Source: a virus (taxonomy: Duplodnaviria; Caudoviricetes). Taken from it: a stretch of 24,225 bases of DNA. The stretch's first letter is position 1; each line of letters starts with the position of its first letter. Positions 17,549 through 24,225 of the stretch are shown piece by piece. The DNA is taken from IMG/VR virus record IMGVR_UViG_3300035135_001286, positions 1-24,225 of that record, one strand, 5' to 3'. The notes under the pieces are model-generated. The model worked only from the letters and a program-made list of their open reading frames with translations, made no database searches and was not told the DNA's origin. Position numbers and translations under genes: made by a program.

Positions 17549-19156
17549 ATGCCCGCGATTATTTCTGATCAATTCAGGATCCTTAACGCTGCGAATTTTG
17601 TCGCCGGCGTGGCGGATACCACACAATCATATTATACTTTTCTAGGTCTACCGAACTCAGGTGATGTTGGCCTAGGTTATGGTACTACGGATTGGAATAG
17701 TAATACTCCCGCACCTAAAGATAGTTTTAGGGAGTATAATGATGTCTATGACACCATGATTGCTATGAAAAAGCTGAACACTGGTGATGTTCAGAGGATG
17801 GTGAGAAAGTACACATGGACTGCGGGCACAGTCTATGAAATGTTCAAGGGAACATATACCAGGGACAGTCTTTCTCCACAGACCTCTGCTACGAATTTAT
17901 ATGATGCAAAATACTACGTTGTAAACAGCCAGTTTAAAGTATACGTTTGTATTAATAATGGCCAAGAACCACAAAACCCTCTTGGAAAACAGTCTCTAGA
18001 CGAACCAACTTTTACTGATCTGGAACCAAAGACTGCGGGTACTTCTGGTGATGGTTACTTGTGGAAATATCTTTACACCATTTCTCCAAGTGATATTATT
18101 AAATTTGATTCTATTGATTACATTCCTGTTCCCGATAACTGGGGAACTGGAGACACAACAGACGTTAAAAACGCCGCAGTAGATGGTAAAGTTGAAACTG
18201 CACTGATTGTCAATGCTGGTGGTGGTTATCAACCTATTTCAACTACATTTAATAATATTCCTATTCTCGGTGATGGTACGGGAGGAAGAGCTTCCATCAC
18301 TGTTGATGCCCAGGGTAAAGTAAACAATGTTACCATTACAAATGGTGGTTCAGGTTATACCCGAGGTAATTTGAAATTCTTCCCTGGCGCGCCTGGTTCA
18401 GAAACTGGTGGACCTATTGTTGGTCTGTCTGCGGTTGGTGTTGGAACTACTTCTGTTGCTGAATTTGAAGTTATCATGCCTCCTCCTGGAGGACATGGAC
18501 ATGACGTTTATAGAGAACTTGGTGCATTTAGAGTTCTTTTGTATTCTAGATATGAAAATGATTTAACTAATCCTGATTTTATTACTGGAAACGACTTCGC
18601 TAGAATTGGTGTTGTTCAGAATCCAAAAACTCCATCTGGAGCTCTGTTGAATTCTTCTAAGGCCAGTGCTCTTTATGCATTAAAACTAGAGTCTCTTACA
18701 CCAGGTGGATCTCCAGTCACCACAACATTTGCAGTTGATACTCCAGTTTATCAAACTATCGGCATTGGTTCTACTGCTGTTGGTTATGTTGCAAGTTGGG
18801 ACTCCTCTACTGCTGTTCTGAAACTTTACAACCCAGTTGGACTTGGATCTACCGACTATGGTTTCCGTTTGAATGATTTTACATCTCAGATTGGTGTTGG
18901 TGGAAGTTATGCAATTAATGGTCAATCCGCTGGTGGCACTTTGGGTATCAATACTTCTTTTGGAACGGTATCAAACCCAGGTACTGCAACAACAGTTGGT
19001 GTTGCACTCGTCCAGTTGGGACAGAGTTTTGTTGAAGGTGTGGCTCAACCAGAAGTTAAAAAATATTCTGGTGAGGTCTTATACATAGATAACAGGGCCG
19101 CTATCCAACGTAGTGCCAGTCAAAAAGAAGACATTAAAATCGTTTTAGAATTCTAA
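17549..19156 (+). CDS. gp8: Baseplate wedge subunit gp8
   Basis: MPAIISDQFRILNA, YYVVNSQFKVYVCI.N, DGYLWKYLYTI, GNDFARIG and C-terminal YSGEVLYIDNR.AI.R...QKEDIKIVLEF. Confidence 0.93.
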   Translation: MPAIISDQFRILNAANFVAGVADTTQSYYTFLGLPNSGDVGLGYGTTDWNSNTPAPKDSFREYNDVYDTMIAMKKLNTGDVQRMVRKYTWTAGTVYEMFKGTYTRDSLSPQTSATNLYDAKYYVVNSQFKVYVCINNGQEPQNPLGKQSLDEPTFTDLEPKTAGTSGDGYLWKYLYTISPSDIIKFDSIDYIPVPDNWGTGDTTDVKNAAVDGKVETALIVNAGGGYQPISTTFNNIPILGDGTGGRASITVDAQGKVNNVTITNGGSGYTRGNLKFFPGAPGSETGGPIVGLSAVGVGTTSVAEFEVIMPPPGGHGHDVYRELGAFRVLLYSRYENDLTNPDFITGNDFARIGVVQNPKTPSGALLNSSKASALYALKLESLTPGGSPVTTTFAVDTPVYQTIGIGSTAVGYVASWDSSTAVLKLYNPVGLGSTDYGFRLNDFTSQIGVGGSYAINGQSAGGTLGINTSFGTVSNPGTATTVGVALVQLGQSFVEGVAQPEVKKYSGEVLYIDNRAAIQRSASQKEDIKIVLEF

Positions 19157-19160
19157 GAAG

Positions 19161-22100
19161 ATGCCACAAGAGACAAACCTCAACGTAAGTCCTTATTTCG
19201 ACGATTTTAATGAGGACAAAAGTTTTAATCGGGTTCTTTTCAAACCCGCCACACCTGTCCAGGCTAGAGAATTAACTCAGTTACAAACGATTCTTCAGAA
19301 TCAGATTGAACGATTTGGTCAACACTTCTTCAAAGAAGGTTCCCAGGTCATTCCTGGACAATTGGCATATGATCCAGAATATAACGCGGTAGAACTTACC
19401 GAAAGTTTTCTTGGTATCAAACTGACAGAATATGTTGATCAGTTAGTAGGAAAGACTATTCGTGGTCAACAATCTGGCGTTGAGGCTAGAGTTGTTAACT
19501 TTTTGACACAAACTCAGTCTGATAGAGGTAATAATACACTTTATGTAAAGTATATTACTTCTGGTGACGATTTTCAGACTGCGACTTTCCTTGATGGAGA
19601 GAATCTGATTGCAACTACAGATATTGAATACGGCAATACTAGAATTGTAGCTAATAACCCATTTGCTGCTTGTATTCCTTCTGGAGCCACATCTATTGGT
19701 TCCGCAGCTGCCATTGAAGAAGGTGTATATTTTATTCGTGGATTCTTTGTAAAGGTATCTCCCTCTACAGTAATCCTGGATCAATATGATAACAATCCAA
19801 CTGCCAGAGTTGGCCTGTTTATTGAAGAGAATCTTGTAACTGCATATACTGACGAAACTCTCTTTGATAATGCTGGTGGATTCTCTAACTTTGCAGCTCC
19901 TGGTGCTGATCGACTGCAAATCAAAACCACTCTTATCAAAAAAGACATTGATGAGTTCAACGATGAGAACTTTGTTGAACTTCTTAGACTTGATGAAGGT
20001 GAATTAGAAAAATTTGTAACCAAAACAGATTACAACGTTCTTGAAGATACTCTTGCGAGAAGAACGTTTGATACAAATGGTGATTATTACGTCAAACCAT
20101 TTACTGTAAGTGTAAAAGATTCACTGAATAATAGACAAGGCAACGATGGTATCTATTATTCAAACCAAAAGACGGATCAAGGTAATGATCCATCTAATGA
20201 TCTGATGACATATCAGATTTCCCCTGGTAAAGCATATGTCAAGGGATTTGAGATTGAAAAAATCACCACAACATTATTAGATGTAGAAAAACCCAGAACC
20301 ACGAGAACTGAAGAGAATCAACAACTCACTTTAAATTCTGTACAAAGTGTTTTTGTTAACAATGTTTATGGATCTCCTAGAATTGGTTTTGGTACTGACA
20401 CAACTATAAGTCTTCGTACTAAGAGAATTGCTACGGGTGGAACCGCATCAGGCACCGAAGTTGGTACTGCAAAAGTATATGATTATAAACTTGTAAACAG
20501 TGAATATGAAGATGATACAACAAGATATGAGGTCTTTCTTTACGATGTAAACACTCATGTTACTCTGACTGTTAATACCGATCAAACTCTCACTACACCT
20601 GTACACATCAAAGGTGCAAGAAGTGGTGCGACGGGTTTCCTTAAGAGTAATGTTTCTTCTTCTCAAAGTCTGACACTCACTCAGACTAACGGAATTTTTA
20701 TCAAAGATGAACCACTGATTCTGAATGGAGTTGAAGAATCTGTAAGTGTTACATCTGTAAGAGAATATGGCCTTGGTGATGTACATTCATTCCATCAAAA
20801 TGTAGGCGTCAATAACTTTACTGCTGATTTAGAACTCAACGAAATTTTTAGACTTGCTCCCCCAGGAACTCAATTCACTATCACTAATGGTGGTGTAATC
20901 ACCGTACCTGGAACTAGATTTGCAACAGGTATTTCTACAGGAGATATTGTTGCATATCAAAAACAAGGTGATAGTGATCCCACATTCAACGAAGTATCTG
21001 CCCTCTCTTCAGATGGTAGTACCGTCACTGTTATTGCCACACCACAAACAATTAGTGGTATTTGTGACAAAGATCTCCCAGGAACCACCATTCAAGTTTC
21101 TGATTTTGGTATTATTAAGGCTGGAATCCAAGGAGGAACTGAATCTGCTCTATTCACTCCTCTTCCTAAGAGATATATTGCTTCTCTCAACATTGATAGT
21201 TCTGAGATTGAAATCAGAAAACAGTATACCCTTAATATCTCCAGTTCCCGTGGAACCGTAACTGTTGAAGATCCCAATCTGTTCTTCCTTCCATTTGATG
21301 AAGAAAGATATAACCTTGCATATTCTGATGGAGTAATTGAGCCTCTGACAGATGCAAAGGTACAATTTAACTCCGACTTCAAAACTGTAACTCTTCGTGG
21401 TCTGAGTAAAGTATCTAATACTGATGCAGTTCTGGTAGCAACTCTGAAGAAAATTAATGTTGCATCAAAACCAAAGACTCTGACGAGATGTGCTTCTGTT
21501 ACTATTGATAGATCTAAGTATGATACTTCTGGATCTACGGGTACATCTTTTAACAATGGCCTGACTTATAACACTGTATTTGGAACTAGAGTAGAAGATG
21601 AAGATATTTGTCTCAATGTTCCTGATGTTCTGAGAGTACACGCAGTATTTGAATCTTCTACAACCGCTGCTCCTACTTTACCTTCTATTACTTTAATTAA
21701 TAGAAGTGCAGATCTGACTGAAACACTTCAGGGTGAATTTGTTCTTGGTTCTGAAAGTGGTGCATATGCACGAGTTGTTAATAGAACCGCAACCAGTGTA
21801 GATATTGTCTACATGAATGAGTTGACGTTTGATGTTGAAGAGGCCGTAGTATTCCAGAGTTCTGGTATTAGTGGTGAAGTTTCTGTTGTTGTCGAAGGTG
21901 ACAACAACATTGGAGAAAACTTTGAATTTGATAGTGGTCAAAGATTTGAATATTATGACTACGGTAGAATTACTAGAGTAGACGACGCACCAGAACCTAA
22001 GAAACAACTCACCATTGTTTATGATCACTACATTGTAGATTCTGGTTCTGGTGGTGACTTTGGTACTGTTAATAGTTACCCATCAGATGCATATGATAGA

Positions 22101-24225
22101 GATCTGCCTATGATCTTGGGTAGAGCTGCTGCAGATTTTATTGATGTAAGACCCAGAGTTAAAAACTACAGCCCTGCATCTGATACAGACTCTCCTTTTG
22201 AACCCGATTTCAGAGATTTCCTTGGAACAGGAAACAGTCCCGCAAATATTCTTCCCAGTGAAGACCCACTGACTATTGACTATAGTTATTATCTTGGTAG
22301 AACTGATCTTCTGACTTTAAGTCCAGATGGTTATTTCCAAATTAGAAAAGGAGCTCCTTCTGAAGATCCAGTAGCTCCAGATAACGCATCTGGTGCATTC
22401 CTAGTTGGAACACTCTTCCATGCTCCCTATATCAGACTTGCCTCTAATGAAAGTAGGGTAGTCCTCTCTTCTCATAAGAGATATACGATGGCCGATATTG
22501 GTCGTCTTGAGAGTAGAGTTCAGAACATTGAGTTCTACACACAACTGTCACTTCTTGAGACAGAAACGGAAAATCTGAACATCAAAGATGCTGACACAGG
22601 ATTAGACAGATTTAAGTCTGGTTTCTTTGTTGATAATTTCAAGAGTCATGGTTCCCATGATATTGCAAATAAACTCTTCAGAGCTTCTATTGACAAAAAA
22701 CTTGGTGAACTCAGACCTTCTCACTATACGACTGCATATGATCTTCTGATTGGATCAGAACAAATCGTTGGTATTGGAACTACTGCAAATCCAAACGCTG
22801 ACCTCACACAAGTTGCAGATCTTCAAGACAATAGTCTGCAAAGAACTGGTGACTGTATTACTCTGAAGTATACAGAGAAAAAGTTCATCGAACAGAAGTT
22901 TGCGACTAGAACTGAAAATGTCAACCCATTTGCTGTTATTAACTGGGTTGGTATCATTCAGTTAAATCCAGCGTCTGATACTTGGATCGACGAAAAACAC
23001 CTCAAACCTAAAAAAGTTACTGAAGAAGGTGACTATAATACCTTCATGGATCTTCTGAATATTAATCCTAATACTGGATTGTCTCCTATTGATTGGGGTG
23101 CTTGGGAAGAAACCTGGACTGGTAGTAAGTCTACAACCCAGGAACTTAGTTCCAAAACAGTTACAAGTGGTAAGAAAGAGGGTAGTTGGAGTAAAGGTTT
23201 CACGAACGGTGGTGAACTTTTACCTCCTATTCACGCGGGTAAAATTTCTAGAACTCGTAAAGTTACTATTACTGAAAAGACAACTAAGAAATTCCAGACA
23301 GTTACAACTACTAAGACTGGATATGCTAGATCTGGTATTCAGTATTCTATTCAAGAAAAGTGGGATACACAAAGTCTTGGAACTAAACTGGTTGGATCTG
23401 ATATTATTCCATACATGAGATCTAGGAATATTGAGTTCCTGAGCTATAGAATTAAACCATCTACAAGATTCTATCCATTCTTTAATGGTGTAGAGGTTGC
23501 AAAATACACTACGCCAAAATTGATTGAAGTTGAGATGAAGGAAGGTGTCTTCCAAGTTGGTGAAACCGTAAAAGGCACGATGCCTAAGAAGGAACAATCG
23601 GCCGATTTTACAAATGCAGAAATTACTTTCCGTGTTGCAGCTGCAAACCACAAATATGGTCCTTATGACAAACCAGAAATTGTTTATGATGTAAATCCAT
23701 ACTCTAGATCAGTTGGACTGAGTTCTACATATTCTGCGACTAGTTCTGTAATTAATGTAGATACTGGATCTCTTCAACTTGAAGTCTTAGGTGAATTTAA
23801 TGGATATATTGCTAAGAAGATGAAACTGGTTGGCCAAACCAGTGGCGCTCGTGCAGTTGTTAAGGATCGTCGTCTTATTACTGATGAAAAGGGTAGTCTT
23901 CTTGGATCTTTCTTTGTTCCCGACACTGATGATTCTCTGACTGCACCTCAGTTTGAAACTGGAACAGGTACATTCAGACTTAGTAGTTCTGCTGTTAATT
24001 CTAAGGATCCTGTTGATAATCCTTCTACTGCGGAAGAGAACTTCTACGCAGAGGGTACTCTTAACAAATATCAAGAAACGATTCTGTCAACTCGTAATGG
24101 TACAGTTACAAAACAGAACTTCACTGATTCCACGGTTAAGACAGGACAGACTGTCAAAACTTTCCAAACTGAATCCTTTGATAAAAAGACCAAGTTCCAA
24201 AACCAGTGGTACGATCCTCTGGCCG
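19161..24225 (+). CDS. VrlC-like / DUF4815 large virion structural protein, truncated at the window end (>1688 aa)
   Basis: Not in the track because there is no stop in the window. Starts MPQETNLNVSPYFDDFNEDKSFNRVLFKPATPVQARELTQLQTILQNQIE. Includes APGADRL, LARRTFD..GDY, KRYTMADIGRLE.RV.NIEFYT.LSLLE and DRFKSGFFVDNF. Ends in the same frame with WYDPLA. Confidence 0.9.
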   Translation, partial: MPQETNLNVSPYFDDFNEDKSFNRVLFKPATPVQARELTQLQTILQNQIERFGQHFFKEGSQVIPGQLAYDPEYNAVELTESFLGIKLTEYVDQLVGKTIRGQQSGVEARVVNFLTQTQSDRGNNTLYVKYITSGDDFQTATFLDGENLIATTDIEYGNTRIVANNPFAACIPSGATSIGSAAAIEEGVYFIRGFFVKVSPSTVILDQYDNNPTARVGLFIEENLVTAYTDETLFDNAGGFSNFAAPGADRLQIKTTLIKKDIDEFNDENFVELLRLDEGELEKFVTKTDYNVLEDTLARRTFDTNGDYYVKPFTVSVKDSLNNRQGNDGIYYSNQKTDQGNDPSNDLMTYQISPGKAYVKGFEIEKITTTLLDVEKPRTTRTEENQQLTLNSVQSVFVNNVYGSPRIGFGTDTTISLRTKRIATGGTASGTEVGTAKVYDYKLVNSEYEDDTTRYEVFLYDVNTHVTLTVNTDQTLTTPVHIKGARSGATGFLKSNVSSSQSLTLTQTNGIFIKDEPLILNGVEESVSVTSVREYGLGDVHSFHQNVGVNNFTADLELNEIFRLAPPGTQFTITNGGVITVPGTRFATGISTGDIVAYQKQGDSDPTFNEVSALSSDGSTVTVIATPQTISGICDKDLPGTTIQVSDFGIIKAGIQGGTESALFTPLPKRYIASLNIDSSEIEIRKQYTLNISSSRGTVTVEDPNLFFLPFDEERYNLAYSDGVIEPLTDAKVQFNSDFKTVTLRGLSKVSNTDAVLVATLKKINVASKPKTLTRCASVTIDRSKYDTSGSTGTSFNNGLTYNTVFGTRVEDEDICLNVPDVLRVHAVFESSTTAAPTLPSITLINRSADLTETLQGEFVLGSESGAYARVVNRTATSVDIVYMNELTFDVEEAVVFQSSGISGEVSVVVEGDNNIGENFEFDSGQRFEYYDYGRITRVDDAPEPKKQLTIVYDHYIVDSGSGGDFGTVNSYPSDAYDRDLPMILGRAAADFIDVRPRVKNYSPASDTDSPFEPDFRDFLGTGNSPANILPSEDPLTIDYSYYLGRTDLLTLSPDGYFQIRKGAPSEDPVAPDNASGAFLVGTLFHAPYIRLASNESRVVLSSHKRYTMADIGRLESRVQNIEFYTQLSLLETETENLNIKDADTGLDRFKSGFFVDNFKSHGSHDIANKLFRASIDKKLGELRPSHYTTAYDLLIGSEQIVGIGTTANPNADLTQVADLQDNSLQRTGDCITLKYTEKKFIEQKFATRTENVNPFAVINWVGIIQLNPASDTWIDEKHLKPKKVTEEGDYNTFMDLLNINPNTGLSPIDWGAWEETWTGSKSTTQELSSKTVTSGKKEGSWSKGFTNGGELLPPIHAGKISRTRKVTITEKTTKKFQTVTTTKTGYARSGIQYSIQEKWDTQSLGTKLVGSDIIPYMRSRNIEFLSYRIKPSTRFYPFFNGVEVAKYTTPKLIEVEMKEGVFQVGETVKGTMPKKEQSADFTNAEITFRVAAANHKYGPYDKPEIVYDVNPYSRSVGLSSTYSATSSVINVDTGSLQLEVLGEFNGYIAKKMKLVGQTSGARAVVKDRRLITDEKGSLLGSFFVPDTDDSLTAPQFETGTGTFRLSSSAVNSKDPVDNPSTAEENFYAEGTLNKYQETILSTRNGTVTKQNFTDSTVKTGQTVKTFQTESFDKKTKFQNQWYDPLA

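Noticed and set aside
726-24074. Numerous minus-strand and alternate-frame ORFs in the track (e.g. 1476..2009, 14440..14883, 14601..15083, 19443..19919, 21092..21556, 23220..23651)
   Set aside because: All lie within well-supported + strand genes, lack recognisable motifs, and are expected shadows of biased codon use.

Overview
Window from a T4-like marine cyanomyovirus (Kyanoviridae-like, inferred from gene content and order). All credible genes are on the + strand. Positions 1-280 are a GC-rich (~60%) stretch with a sigma70-type promoter and a small basic ORF, followed by a ~220-bp structured non-coding segment. Next is a tightly overlapped cluster of small genes: two short ORFs missing from the ORF track and two re-started ones, a 2OG-Fe(II) oxygenase, a GT-A-like glycosyltransferase, a plant-type ferredoxin (petF) and a hypothetical with a Cys4 tail. 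A T4 late promoter (TATAAATA) then opens the baseplate module: gp25, gp6, a 3891-aa gp7, gp8 and a VrlC/DUF4815-like structural protein that runs off the right end and is absent from the ORF track. No tRNA, rRNA, CRISPR or mobile element was seen. The most interesting signals are the modular build of gp7 (split YHYH-like domain, inserted 7-bladed propeller), the pervasive G-[IVLF]-x-[ST] peptide motif near a putative glycosyltransferase, the structured segment at the composition boundary and the ferredoxin-coupled Cys4 protein. Family calls come from motif recognition, not database searches.
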